A DNA stretch of 63,820 bases, counting the filler, from Myxococcota bacterium (GTDB lineage: Bacteria > Myxococcota_C > UBA6777), in the NCBI GenBank assembly GCA_023150835.1. It is 4 parts of 4 records of this genome, joined end to end, with 100 filler letters (N's around TTAATTAATTAA, not from the genome) between each part and the next. Parts side by side here need not be neighbours in the genome. Positions count along the whole stretch, not along the records: positions 1 to 19,024 come from JAKLKB010000133.1; positions 19,125 to 37,686 come from JAKLKB010000135.1; 2 more parts are not named here. One strand, written 5' to 3'. Under the pieces are notes generated by a model. The model was not told where the DNA came from. It saw only the letters and a list, made by a program, of their open reading frames with translations, and ran no database searches. Within the stretch, counting starts at the first letter, position 1, and every line of letters starts with the position of its first letter. Shown in pieces: positions 10,481 to 20,471 of this stretch. Both the position numbers and the translations under genes were made by a program.

Positions 10481-11092
10481 TTAGGGGAGGACGCGGTATC
10501 CGGCATCGCGGATGATCTGGGCGAGTTGGGAGGGGTTGGTGAGTTTGGAGTGGAAAGAGACGATGGCTTGGGGAGGATCGAGGGTGACTTGGGTATGGAG
10601 GACGCCTTTGGTTTTTTGGAGGGCTTCGGTGATGCGTGCGACGCAACCGCCACAACTCATGCCAGCGATCTTGAGGGTGACTTTTTGGGTGGATGTTGGT
10701 TGAGGTGGAGTGTGCGGTTTGGGTGGAGTTTTTTCTGTTTGGATCACGCCCTTGTATCCGGCTTTTTCGATGGCTTGGAGCATCTGCTGTGGGGTGACTT
10801 GTTTGGGTGTGTACACGACGATCGCACGCTGTGGTTCGAGGGTGACATCTGCTTTTTGAACGCCCGGGAGGGATTGCAGGGCACGCGTGATGCTTTCGAC
10901 ACAGCCTCCGCAGTGTAGCCCCGAGAGGTCGAGGGTGATCTGTTGGGTGTGCGTGGGGGGAGTGTGTGGTTTGGGGGAAGCGATGGAAAGAGAGGAAAGG
11001 CCGGATGGAAGGGCCGCAGCGATCAGGAGTAGGGCCAACAAGACAGGTGCGAATGCGGCGAGGCGGATGCTGGGTGGGGTGGATGGCTTCAT
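10481..11092 (-). CDS. Exported tandem heavy-metal-associated (HMA, MerP/CopZ-like) domain protein
   Basis: Signal peptide after ATG 11092; two HMA domains with GLHCGGC and GMSCGGC metal-binding motifs. Confidence 0.85.
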   Translation of the reverse strand: MKPSTPPSIRLAAFAPVLLALLLIAAALPSGLSSLSIASPKPHTPPTHTQQITLDLSGLHCGGCVESITRALQSLPGVQKADVTLEPQRAIVVYTPKQVTPQQMLQAIEKAGYKGVIQTEKTPPKPHTPPQPTSTQKVTLKIAGMSCGGCVARITEALQKTKGVLHTQVTLDPPQAIVSFHSKLTNPSQLAQIIRDAGYRVLP

Positions 11093-11144
11093 CAAAAAAT
11101 TCTCCGTATGGGTGAAGGATGTGCCGACGAGTTGGTTTTGTTTG

Positions 11145-11268
11145 GTGGGGCTTTGCCCCACGCCCCACAAGGGAGCGAAGCCCCCTTGACCCCGTATTGA
11201 CGGGACGAACAGAGCTTTTTTTAACCAACGACTTTGTTGCTAGGGCATCTGCGAACGCGGGGTTTTTT
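11145..11268 (-). repeat. Copy of ~120-bp dispersed double-hairpin (MITE/REP-like) element
   Basis: Reverse complement of ACGGGGTCAAGGG..CCCTTG.GGGGCGTGGGG....CCCCAC core with conserved arm; similar copies on all contigs. Confidence 0.7.
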
Positions 11269-11338
11269 CTCTTCCACGTCGTTGCTCTTTATAGGGGTTA
11301 CGCAGTTGAAGAGGGAAACCGTGAAGAATCAACCCGTT

Positions 11339-11362
11339 GTAGGGGCGGTTCGCGAACCGCCC
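11339..11362 (+). repeat. GTAG-type REP palindrome
   Basis: GTAGGGGCGGTTCGCGAACCGCCC. Confidence 0.7.
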
Positions 11363-11697
11363 GCGCCCAAACATGGGCCTTTTTCGTATCGAACTGTGTA
11401 AGTCCTATCTTTATTCGGAGCGAAGGAGGCGAGTGGAGCGCGCAAACATCTGAGGTATAGCGAGATCGGCGAGAGTAGGCAAGCGCGGTGGGATGTGGCG
11501 ATTTGTCGCAGGCGTGAAACAAAGCGGGAGGTTGTGCGGTGGAGGGGTGTCATAACAGCGCCTGTATCAAGCCCGCCATGAGGCAAAGCGGGAGGTTGTG
11601 CGGTGGAGGGGTGGATTGTGTGGGCTTGTGTCGTGGCGAGGGGAGCGTTAGCATGGCGGGGTGATCAAGATCAAGAAAGACAGTGGAGGAAAAGAAG

Positions 11698-13422
11698 ATG
11701 GGAGAATCATTTGACGTCGACTTTGCGGTGGTAGGTTCGGGGTTTGGGGGATCGGTGTCGGCGTTGCGGTTGAGCGAAAAAGGCTACAGCGTGGCGGTGT
11801 TTGAGCAGGGCAAGCGTTTTCGGGCGCAGGACTATGCGGAGACGAATTGGGATGTTCGGCGGTTTTTGTGGTTGCCGCAGGCTGGGTGTATGGGGATTTT
11901 TCGGATGACGTTGTTGTCCGATGTGTTTGTGTTGTCGGGTGCGGGGGTGGGTGGGGGATCGTTGGTGTATGCGAATACCTTGTACGTTCCGCCAGAGTCG
12001 TTTTTTTCAGCGGCGCAGTGGCCGAAAGATATCGATTGGAAGGGCGAGTTGCTGCCGCATTATCGGATGGCGCAGTATATGTTGGGCGTGACGAGGAACA
12101 TTTACGAAGGAGAGGCGGATCGCCTGTTGCAGCAGGCGGCGGAGGAGTTGGGAAAAGGCGACACCTTTGTGAAAACACCTGTGGGTGTGTACTTTGGTCA
12201 TGCGGAAAAGACCGAGCCGGATCCGTATTTTGGAGGGGCAGGGCCGGAGCGGACGGGTTGTAATTTCTGTGGTGGTTGTATGGTGGGATGTCGTTTTGGG
12301 GCGAAGAATACGCTCGACAAGAACTATTTGTACCTTGCGGAAAAGCTTGGGTGTACGATCCATCCCGAGCGAACGGTCTCGGATGTTCGGGCATTGGAAG
12401 GTGGGGGGTATGAGATCGTGCATCGGCGTTCAGGCTCGTGGCTGCGCCGAGATGTCAAAGTGACACGTGCGCGCAATGTGGTCCTTTCTGCGGGGGTGTT
12501 GGGTACGGTCAAGCTTTTGTTTGAAGCGCGAGAGCGAGGTTCTTTGCCGAAGGTGTCGCCGTTTCTTGGGGAGCAGGTTCGTACAAACAGCGAAGCGATC
12601 TTGGGAGTGAGCGATACTCGCGAAGGCATCGATCACAGCAAGGGGATCGCGATCACGTCTTCGGTGCATGTCGATGATCATACGCATATCGAAGTGGTGC
12701 GTTATAGTAAAGGCAGCGATCTGATCGGTCGGATCGCGACGTTGATGACGGATGGAGGGCCGGGGCGATGGCGTCCTTGGGAGTGGGTGAAGACGGCAGC
12801 AAGCCACCCGCGCAAGTTTTTGTCGACGTTGTGGCCCTTTGGTTGGGCGCAAAGAACCTTTGTGTTGTTGGTGATGCAAACGCTTGATAACGCGGTGGGT
12901 TTGCGGATGCGCCGTTCGTGGCGGACGTTGTGGGGGCGAGGATTGGATACGGTGATGCCGAAAGACGGAGAAGCGATCCCGACCTACATTCCGCTAGGAA
13001 ACCAAGTCGCTCGCTCGATCGCACACAAAACCAACGGTGTTCCGCTGTCATCGATCCCCGAAGTGCTGCTGAATGTTCCGACAACAGCGCATATCTTGGG
13101 AGGATCGGTGATCGGTGATTCGGCGGCAACGGGGGTGATCGACGCCAATCACGAAGTCTTTGGTCACAAAGGGTTGTATGTATGCGATGGTTCGGCGGTT
13201 CCTGCCAACTTGGGCGTCAATCCGAGCCTGACCATCACCGCGATGACAGAGCGAGCGATGAGCAAGATCCCCGTCAAGGAAGGGGCCACCTATCGGCCCG
13301 CGATCGAACCCGCATGGACAGAGGCGCGAATTGCTGCGATCGAGAAACGGTGGGCGTTCCACCAGAGCCCCAATGTCTACCTCCCCGTCTCCGAACAAGC
13401 CGAACCATCGGAGAATGGATAA
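11698..13422 (+). CDS. GMC family oxidoreductase (cholesterol oxidase-like)
   Basis: GSGFGG FAD motif, GVGGGSLVYAN, CxxCxxCxxxC (CNFCGGCMVGC), TAHILGG, ANLGVNPSLTITAMTERAM. Confidence 0.88.
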   Translation: MGESFDVDFAVVGSGFGGSVSALRLSEKGYSVAVFEQGKRFRAQDYAETNWDVRRFLWLPQAGCMGIFRMTLLSDVFVLSGAGVGGGSLVYANTLYVPPESFFSAAQWPKDIDWKGELLPHYRMAQYMLGVTRNIYEGEADRLLQQAAEELGKGDTFVKTPVGVYFGHAEKTEPDPYFGGAGPERTGCNFCGGCMVGCRFGAKNTLDKNYLYLAEKLGCTIHPERTVSDVRALEGGGYEIVHRRSGSWLRRDVKVTRARNVVLSAGVLGTVKLLFEARERGSLPKVSPFLGEQVRTNSEAILGVSDTREGIDHSKGIAITSSVHVDDHTHIEVVRYSKGSDLIGRIATLMTDGGPGRWRPWEWVKTAASHPRKFLSTLWPFGWAQRTFVLLVMQTLDNAVGLRMRRSWRTLWGRGLDTVMPKDGEAIPTYIPLGNQVARSIAHKTNGVPLSSIPEVLLNVPTTAHILGGSVIGDSAATGVIDANHEVFGHKGLYVCDGSAVPANLGVNPSLTITAMTERAMSKIPVKEGATYRPAIEPAWTEARIAAIEKRWAFHQSPNVYLPVSEQAEPSENG

Positions 13423-13688
13423 GGACTCGTACGATATCCGAGTGGTATGTACATAGGGGGGCTGCCCCTACATCGTTCGATCACACCATGCACATTCGCC
13501 GCGAAAATGGCGAAAGGCACGGGGGCTGCTCCTATGTCGTTCGATCACACCGCGAGCGGATTTCGTACAAGGACCCAATCGCTGCTTTTGGGGAGAGTTG
13601 ACGGGGCCTCAAGGGGTTGACAACGAGGCCGTTTTGTGCAGAGTGACTTTTTTGGGCATGAAGTCAAAGCAGCGTTGGACGTATTTGA

Positions 13689-13813
13689 CAAAAACCCCCG
13701 TGTTCGGGCTGGTTCGAGCGACAGAGTCGTCTGTTTGAAAAACAGTGAGCGTTTCGCTCAACACGGGGTCAAGGGAGCCGAGCTCCCTTGTGGGGCGTGG
13801 GGTGAAACCCCAC
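13689..13813 (+). repeat. Copy of ~120-bp dispersed double-hairpin element
   Basis: AAAAACCCCCGTGTTCG...ACACGGGGTCAAGGGAGCCGAGCTCCCTTGTGGGGCGTGGGGTGAAACCCCAC. Confidence 0.7.
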
Positions 13814-14051
13814 CCAGCTATTCCCACAAATCAGTCCGATGTTGTTGGCGTTTTTGTGGGCCGTGATCTTTTGGTGTTTGCGGCGTAAGGTTATCGAGAG
13901 TTGTTGCGAAAAAGTGACGGCAGGTAGCGCGGGTTGCCTTGTGGCGGGGGTTTGCTTGGTGCTGTGTGTTTTTTGATTGGAAGCGATACAGAGGGCGGAT
14001 GGAGCGGGTTGATCCGAAGAGGCAACCGAGGCTCGGAAAGAGGAGGTCTTG

Positions 14052-14345
14052 ATGTTGAAACGATCCCATTCATCATCGCTAGAGCGTATGCGTTGGGGAG
14101 GTGCGGAAGAATGGAGCGCGACGAAGGCGTGTGGGGTGGTGATGTTGTCGCATCACGACAGCGTGTTGTCTTCGGAGGCCGAAGAAGTCGAAGGGGACGG
14201 GCGGACGATGTGGGAGGTGGCAGGTCGGGGAGTGATCCGATCAAGAAATCTGCAATGGTTGTTGACCGAAGAATTCTGGGGACCAGTACTGGGTTGGGAA
14301 GTAGAGAGCAAGCGGCGCGAAGCAGAGGACGGCTCGTTGGTGTGA
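14052..14345 (+). CDS. Possible small hypothetical protein
   Basis: AGGAGG Shine-Dalgarno immediately before TTG-ATG; no recognisable domain. Confidence 0.3.
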   Translation: MLKRSHSSSLERMRWGGAEEWSATKACGVVMLSHHDSVLSSEAEEVEGDGRTMWEVAGRGVIRSRNLQWLLTEEFWGPVLGWEVESKRREAEDGSLV

Positions 14346-14574
14346 TCGCGGTGTGCGATACAGAAGGAAGTGGGGGGAGGCATTTTGTTTTTAAAAGCGG
14401 GGTGCTTTATATTGGGGGGCGTGTCAAGTGAACTCCCGACATCTTGGAGGGAGAAACGCGGAAAGTGCGCGACGAAGGGCCAAGGATAGCTTTTTTTTTT
14501 GCGTGGCGTTGGTTTGTTTGGGAAGAAGAAAAACGAGCCATCGTATCGGTTCCGCAGACAACGGGGATGCGTTC

Positions 14575-15519
14575 ATGTCCGTGTATCGGGTGCATTACAA
14601 AGCGATGAAAGCTTTGTTGGGCCAAAGCACCATTCAAACGAGTGAAGGGTGTCCATTTGCGCCGATGTTGCGGGGGCAGATGGAAGATCTGACGATGTAT
14701 CGGGAGGCATTGGAGGGCCAAGGCTTGTTGGTCGGGGGAGGGGGGTTGTGTGAGGAGGCGCGGGAAGCGCTCGAAGTGATCGCACGTCCGACGGATTGTT
14801 TGGCGGTGACCTCTTTTGCGTCGGGGAATCGCCAGCGGGTGACGTATTTTTTGCGGGAGGGTCGTGCGGTGGTGGCGGGATTTGATCACCAAGAGACGTG
14901 CAACTTTTCAAAACCTGTGTTGTATGGGCGTCTTGCAGAGAATTTGGCGCGACAGCTTGCAGGAACAAAGGGTGGTGGAGCGCAGAGACCGTTTCGGATG
15001 AATCCCGCGCTACTGCGAGTGTTTGCGCAGTGGATGGATGAAGGGATGCGCTTACAACCACCGCGTGAGGCAAGCGAGGCGTATCGGCGTTCTGCGTTGA
15101 GCAAGCAGATGATCTTGCGGCAGATTTCGGAGCAGGTGTCGAGCCGCAGCGCGGAAGCGTTGTGTGTGGCGTTGTTGGAGCTTCGGTTGTTGGTGGAAGA
15201 AGGGGCGTTGTGTTGGTTTGGGCCGGAGTTTTCGTTGTGGTACGAGGCTTTGTCTGGGGATGAGCGGGTGGAGTTGCAGTTGCGGGTGTTGCCGTTGCGG
15301 GATCAGGTGATGCCAGAGCGGGGGATGATCTTTGTGGGAGAAGCGGGTCAGCGTTTGATGTTGTGGTCGCAAGGCGAGCGCGAGGTGATCTGGGCTTTTC
15401 GTGCAGAAGAGGTGTTGGCCCAAGCGTTGTTGCGGGATCTGCTGGGCTGTCGGGAGGTTTCGGACAAAGAGATGTTGGAGGGATGGATGTCGAGAGGGGT
15501 GATGTTGGATGTCCTCTGA
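14575..15519 (+). CDS. Hypothetical protein
   Basis: Long ORF with local codon style, overlapping the next gene's start (operon-like); ATG 14575 chosen. Confidence 0.7.
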   Translation: MSVYRVHYKAMKALLGQSTIQTSEGCPFAPMLRGQMEDLTMYREALEGQGLLVGGGGLCEEAREALEVIARPTDCLAVTSFASGNRQRVTYFLREGRAVVAGFDHQETCNFSKPVLYGRLAENLARQLAGTKGGGAQRPFRMNPALLRVFAQWMDEGMRLQPPREASEAYRRSALSKQMILRQISEQVSSRSAEALCVALLELRLLVEEGALCWFGPEFSLWYEALSGDERVELQLRVLPLRDQVMPERGMIFVGEAGQRLMLWSQGEREVIWAFRAEEVLAQALLRDLLGCREVSDKEMLEGWMSRGVMLDVL

Positions 15520-16426
15520 GCGCAAAGTGGTGGGAGAGACGGTTCCGTGGTTGCGGTTGGTGTTGGTGTTGGCAGCGGGGGTGTTGGCGGTGTCCTCGTC
15601 AGCGATCTTGGTACGTTTGGCCAAGCAAGCTCCGCCGTTGAGCATCGCTTTTTGGCGAGTGACGTTGGCGAGTGTGTTGTTGCTGCCGCTGTGGTTTTCG
15701 GTGTCAAGGCGGCGCGAAGTCACGCTGTTGTCGGTGGATCAGCGTTGGCGCTTGCTGTTATCGGGGGTGTGTTTGGGGGTGCATTTTGGGGCGTGGATCA
15801 GCAGTTTGTCGTACACAAGTGTCGCGGCGTCGGTGTTGTTGGTGACGACGAATCCGATCTGGGTGGGGTTGATGTCGCCGTTGGTTGTGGGGGAACGGTT
15901 GTCGGGTGGGGCGTGGTTGGGTGTGGGGCTTGCGCTGTTGGGGGCGGGGATCGTGGCGTTGGATAGCGAGATCGCAGGATCGCCGAACCCGTTGTTGGGG
16001 AATGGCTTAGCGTTGTTGGGGGCGGTGGCGGCGAGCGGATATCTGTTGTTGGGGCGGCGTGTTCGTGCGCAGTTGGATGTGTGGTCGTATGCGTCGGCGA
16101 CGCTGGCGGGTGCGTGGTGTGTTTTGTTGATCATGGCGATGGTTTGGGGTGTTCCGTTGTGGGGATTTGGGTGGGAGGTGTGGGGGTTGTTTGGGGCGAT
16201 GGCTTTGTTGCCGCAGATGGTGGGGCATAATGCGATGAGTTGGAGTTTGCGGTATGTGCGTGCGGATGTGATCGCGGTGGTGTTGTTGTTGGAGCCGATC
16301 GGTGCGGCGTTGTTGGCTTGGTTGATCTTGTCGGAAGCACCGAGTCGTGGGGTCTGGTGGGGTGGAGCGGTGTTGTTGGGGAGTGTTGCGTGGGTGAGTC
16401 TCCAAGCTCGAAAGCCTTCGCGTTAA
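15509..16426 (+). CDS. DMT/EamA family transporter
   Basis: About 10 hydrophobic segments; HFGAWISSLSYTSVAASVLLVTTNPIW and GHNAMSWSL..LLEPIGA motifs. Confidence 0.9.
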   Translation: MSSERKVVGETVPWLRLVLVLAAGVLAVSSSAILVRLAKQAPPLSIAFWRVTLASVLLLPLWFSVSRRREVTLLSVDQRWRLLLSGVCLGVHFGAWISSLSYTSVAASVLLVTTNPIWVGLMSPLVVGERLSGGAWLGVGLALLGAGIVALDSEIAGSPNPLLGNGLALLGAVAASGYLLLGRRVRAQLDVWSYASATLAGAWCVLLIMAMVWGVPLWGFGWEVWGLFGAMALLPQMVGHNAMSWSLRYVRADVIAVVLLLEPIGAALLAWLILSEAPSRGVWWGGAVLLGSVAWVSLQARKPSR

Positions 16427-17547
16427 GAAGCGATCTGGAGGTGGGAGGTGGTTTGAAGGAAGGCTTGGAGGGTGGTGCGTTGGGTGGGGAGTCCGAAGAG
16501 GTCGAGGATGGCGGCGATCTCGTGAGAGATCGTCCAGAGGTGTTTGGTGTCGACGAGAGCGTGGAGGATCTCGCGTTGGAGGGGTTCGAGTCGTGCGGCT
16601 TCGGCGGGAGATTCGAGGCGAGAGAGATCAAGGAGTGTGAAGGTCATGTGGACAGCGCTGTAGGGGTCAACGATCGGGAGCAGATCGAGAAGGCGGGGGA
16701 TCACGAATTCGGGGACGCCCTCGCCAAGATGGCAAAGCAAGCGGCTGAGATCGCCGACCGTATCGGATTCGGCCCAAGGGAGAGTTGCGTAAAGGTCGGA
16801 TACTTCGGAGAGCGTGAGTGTGTGCATCAGGATGCGGAGAGCGTTGCGGGAGGGTTGTTGGGGATTTTGGCGGGTGAGCGAAGTGGCGGCGGCGAGACGG
16901 ACAAGTGCGGGGTGGGAGGAAACAAGGTAGCTTTCGAGCAAAGGTTCGAGCAGGATATCGTCGATCTCAAGGACACCGAGCGCAAAGAGGATGCTTGCGA
17001 GGACACAGGGGTGATCTTCGAGGAGCAGGCGTTGTTGGAGGGCGTGTTGGATGCGCTTGCTTTCAAGGGGGAAGCAGGCGAGCAGAAAGGCCGCGTGAAC
17101 ACGCAAAGCGGCTTGGGGTGCGTGGAGGCATCGGAGATAGAGGTCCATTCCTTTTCGGGCTTCTTCGTGGGTGCGTTGGAGCCATGCGGTATGGAGGGAT
17201 GGAGGTTCTTCGCACCCGGGGAGGAGCAGCGCCATGCGGCGATGTTGGGGGATCTCGTAAGTGTTGGGGCAAGTTTCGCCTGTGGCGAGATGGGCGAGGA
17301 GCAACAAGAGTTCTTCTTTGTCTTGGACACCGGGGTCTTGGAGCATCTCGATCAGGAAAGGGATGGAGACCGCGCTGGCTTCGAACACAAGGCCATGATG
17401 CCAGAGGGCTTCGTAACACCAAGAGAGAGCTTCGAGGCGTTCGTGTTGGAGGGGGGAGCGCAAGGCATGAAGGTGAAGGGGAAGGTCGGCTGCGTGTCCG
17501 TGGGCGTGCGTCATTTTTTCCCAAGCGATGGGTTGCGTGATCTGCAT
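16423..17547 (-). CDS. HEAT-repeat-like helical protein
   Basis: Start at ATG 17547 (MQITQPIAWEKMTHAHGHAADLP..L..L); LWHHG.VFEASAVSIPFL and repeated VRLAAA-type helices. Confidence 0.7.
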   Translation of the reverse strand: MQITQPIAWEKMTHAHGHAADLPLHLHALRSPLQHERLEALSWCYEALWHHGLVFEASAVSIPFLIEMLQDPGVQDKEELLLLLAHLATGETCPNTYEIPQHRRMALLLPGCEEPPSLHTAWLQRTHEEARKGMDLYLRCLHAPQAALRVHAAFLLACFPLESKRIQHALQQRLLLEDHPCVLASILFALGVLEIDDILLEPLLESYLVSSHPALVRLAAATSLTRQNPQQPSRNALRILMHTLTLSEVSDLYATLPWAESDTVGDLSRLLCHLGEGVPEFVIPRLLDLLPIVDPYSAVHMTFTLLDLSRLESPAEAARLEPLQREILHALVDTKHLWTISHEIAAILDLFGLPTQRTTLQAFLQTTSHLQIAS

Positions 17548-17693
17548 GGTGTCGTCCTTTCCTGTCGATCGGTAAGGTGGGGGTTGTTTGTGGCGACTTG
17601 AGAAGGGGTTGTACTTTGTGGTTGTGACGGATGTTGACACGCAAGGGATCGAGCAGGTTGTGAGAGGTGGATGCTTGAGTCCGAGGAGGGGGC

Positions 17694-18146
17694 GTGTTAG
17701 AAAAGTGGCCGTTGGATGGAGGTTCAAGTGATATCGAGGACGCAAGATCGGGAGAAAGATGGATGTTGTCATCAGAGGCGTATCTTCAGGCTCGTCAGAA
17801 AGCGCGTTATCACGTCCAAGTTCAGATCGAGCGGGTGGGGTTTCCTCCTCGGATGCCGGGAGAGGCCGAGGTGGGGGGGAAAGTCGTGCAGGTGTTTCGT
17901 GCGGATGGCTCGGAGTTGCGTTGTGGTGATCCGATCCGTTTTCGGTTGAGTGTTGCGGCCTACAACGAAGCGATTCCGCCCGAAGATGGGGTGTGGTGGT
18001 TGCCTGCGGATGCGATCTATGAGGGGGCCTGTATTGAGGCTTTTTTGAATGGCGAAGCGCCCGATTGTGCGGTCGCTTTGTGGCAAGTGACGATCTTGGA
18101 GGGGGCTCCTTCGCCACCTTGGATGAGCGAGGATGTATTGGACTGA
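17694..18146 (+). CDS. Hypothetical protein
   Basis: 150-aa ORF with GAGGAGG upstream, divergent from the HEAT gene; fills the gap between genes. Confidence 0.55.
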   Translation: MLEKWPLDGGSSDIEDARSGERWMLSSEAYLQARQKARYHVQVQIERVGFPPRMPGEAEVGGKVVQVFRADGSELRCGDPIRFRLSVAAYNEAIPPEDGVWWLPADAIYEGACIEAFLNGEAPDCAVALWQVTILEGAPSPPWMSEDVLD

Positions 18147-18330
18147 TCGGATTGATCGGATTGATCGGATTGAACCGACTGATCGGATTGAACCGACTGA
18201 TCGGACTGATCGGACTGATCGGACTGATCGGACTGATCGGATTGAACGGATTGAACGGGCTGATCGGACTGATCGGACTGATCGGATTGATCGGACTGAT
18301 CGGATTGATCGGACTGATCGGACTGATCGG
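18140..18330. repeat. 9-bp tandem repeat (GATCGGACT / GATCGGATT, ~21 units)
   Basis: Directly visible; lies between two converging genes. Confidence 0.95.
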
Positions 18331-18344
18331 TGGGGTGGGCAGCG

Positions 18345-18767
18345 TCAGGGAAGAGAGAGGGACATCTTTTGATGGGGGATGCCGGCCTCTTCGTAGACGG
18401 GGCCGTCGGTGGTGAAGCCAAAGCGTTCGTAAAAGCCGATGGCATGGGTCTGTGCGCTCAGGTAAACTGTTGGCAGGCGCTGTTGTTGTGCGTGGGCAAC
18501 CAAGGCTTCGAGCAGCCATCGTCCGAACCCACAGGAGCGCCAAGGTTTTCGGACGGCCATGCGACCGATCTTTCCGCTTGGAAGGAGGCGTGCGCATGCG
18601 ATGGGTTCGCCTTGTGCGGAGCGCAGGAGCAGATGGAGTGCGGTATGATCGTGTTCGTCGATCTCGATCTCGGGGGGGACGTGTTGTTCTTCGATGAAGA
18701 CTTCGCGTCGAACCAAATAGAGGTCGGCTTGATCGTCGGGCCAGCGGGCGATATGGAGTGTGGTCAT
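18345..18767 (-). CDS. GNAT family N-acetyltransferase (YjcF/ElaA-like)
   Basis: VRREVFIEEQHVP.EIEIDEHD, KIGRMAVRKPWR..GFG, LSAQTHAIGFYERFGF, EEAGIPH motifs. Confidence 0.9.
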   Translation of the reverse strand: MTTLHIARWPDDQADLYLVRREVFIEEQHVPPEIEIDEHDHTALHLLLRSAQGEPIACARLLPSGKIGRMAVRKPWRSCGFGRWLLEALVAHAQQQRLPTVYLSAQTHAIGFYERFGFTTDGPVYEEAGIPHQKMSLSLP

Positions 18768-19024
18768 GGTTTTGGGCCGCCGTGTCGGGGTGATTGTTGC
18801 GATGTCTTGTACGATATCCGAGTGATGTACACAGCAAAGGAGAGTACGTAGACGCCCTATGATCGGGCAGACACAGGGGTCTGCCCCCATACGCGCCTTG
18901 TTAAGCGCTTGTCGGCCCCCCACCCCAGCCCTCCCCCGTGAACAGGGGAGGGAGTGAAAGTCGGAGTCAGCGAGGTTTTGGGTTTCCATGCCGCACGCTG
19001 TTTGCACGAGAGATCGTCTTTGCC

Positions 19025-19124
19025 NNNNNNNNNNNNNNNNNNNNNNNNNNNNNNNNNNNNNNNNNNNNTTAATTAATTAANNNNNNNNNNNNNNNNNNNN
19101 NNNNNNNNNNNNNNNNNNNNNNNN
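19025..19124. other. Artificial contig linker
   Basis: N-run containing TTAATTAATTAA (stops in all six frames). Confidence 0.98.
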
Positions 19125-19460
19125 GCCTTCCAAGGTTTGATGGGTGGCGGTCAAGCCGGTGGCGCAGGCGGCCTCGGTGGCGCAGCAAACATGGGCCAGT
19201 TCCCCCAAATGCCCAACCCCGTCAATCCCACAGGAAACCTCGGCAACAACATCATGGGTCCCCAACAAGGTGCCATGAACCAACTCCAAGGTCTCCAAAA
19301 CCAGATCGCTGGTACCGATATCGGCGCACTCAACAAAAACCCCGCCGGCATGATGAAGCTCCAAGAAGATATGCAAAAAATGCAAGAGATGTTTGAGACC
19401 ATGTCCAAGATCTCCAAAAAACTCCACGACATCACCATGTCCATCCTCCGCAACATCTGA
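19125..19460 (+). CDS. Gly/Gln-rich protein with T3SS needle (SctF)-like C-terminus, copy 1 (5'-truncated by contig edge)
   Basis: Nearly identical to the 3' part of 20472-21011; ends NPAGMMKLQEDMQKMQEMFETMSKISKKLHDITMSILRNI. Confidence 0.75.
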   Translation, partial: AFQGLMGGGQAGGAGGLGGAANMGQFPQMPNPVNPTGNLGNNIMGPQQGAMNQLQGLQNQIAGTDIGALNKNPAGMMKLQEDMQKMQEMFETMSKISKKLHDITMSILRNI

Positions 19461-19480
19461 TCCCTCTCTGCGGCCCCTTC

Positions 19481-19513
19481 AAAGCCTCCTTCCCTTCGGG
19501 TTGGGGGCTTTTT
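19481..19513 (+). terminator. Rho-independent terminator
   Basis: AAAGCCTCC-TT-CCCTTCGGG-TT-GGGGGCTTTTT; C(UUCG)G loop plus U-tract. Confidence 0.85.
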
Positions 19514-19598
19514 GCATTTCTCTTCCCCCCGCTTCTTTCCAACCCGCGCATCCCGCGATACTTCCTCAACCACCAAAGCCCACCATCCATCCGCCGAC

Positions 19599-19721
19599 GT
19601 GGAGCGCTGCCCCAAACCCCGCAAGGAAGCGCGGCTGCCTTGATCCCGTATCGGCGAACAGAGCGCAGGCGCTCAACACAACGACTCTGTCGCTTGCGCG
19701 TTCGCGAACACGGCTTTCTTT
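19599..19721 (-). repeat. Degenerate copy of ~120-bp double-hairpin element
   Basis: GCCCCAAACCCCGCAAGG..CCTTGATCCCGTATCGGCGAA..CAACGACTCT.TCGCTTG matches the 60859 copy. Confidence 0.6.
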
Positions 19722-20080
19722 GGGACTCTGCGGCACTCCTGCTCAAATCAGAGGGTGTCTAAAGGAAGAAAAACCCCAAGGAATCGGGAGGACAGGCATC
19801 GCGTCAGCCTCGGAGCAGACGCAAACAAGGTGTGGTTCGCTGTTCTGCCTCGTGCCTACGGTCGCTTCGATGGCCCTATTCTTTCCCCTCGCGGCAGCTG
19901 CGTGGCTTTGCGAGCGTCGCAAGGAGAGGGGTGAGGGCGACGCGATCTGTACCCCTGTCAGGGAGAGGGCGGGGTTGGGGAGGGTGAGGGGACATCACAA
20001 GACGTCCATTCCTTCGATGTTTCTGTCTACCAGTCCAAAAGCTCTCGCTATGTTAGATACCCTCTCAGATCAGCAACCCA

Positions 20081-20148
20081 TGATCACGAAGGCGATCACA
20101 CGATCACGAAAGCGATCACACGATCACGAAAGCGATCACGCGATCACG
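20081..20148. repeat. 20-bp tandem repeat (GATCACGAAAGCGATCACAC) x~3
   Basis: Directly visible. Confidence 0.8.
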
Positions 20149-20471
20149 GCTCGAATAGAAAAGTGTTTTGCCCATGTATCGGTCTTTTTTGTATCAAGTG
20201 CATGATCTCGTGCAGTCGATCAACGAACGCTTAAACCCTTGCAACACAAGATCCCCGAAAAATAAAAAATCAACGACGACGGGCCTTTAGAACATTTTTT
20301 GAAAAGGTCGAAAATTATCCGCAACACCCAAAAGGCACAAAGCGATACTAGAGTTGAAAGCTGAGGGAAAAAACACTCCCCGCAAAACAACTCACAACTC
20401 AACCCAAGGTTGGGTTACAATAAAACAGTTCGCCTCGTTGTTGAGGCCAAACAAATCAAAGGAGATTCATC

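Noticed and set aside
16240-17601. 453-aa + strand ORF
   Set aside because: Antisense shadow of the HEAT-repeat gene with no motifs
16423-18837. 804-aa ORF as a single gene
   Set aside because: The 5' half crosses the GNAT gene in another frame and the 9-bp repeat; a credible protein starts at 17547
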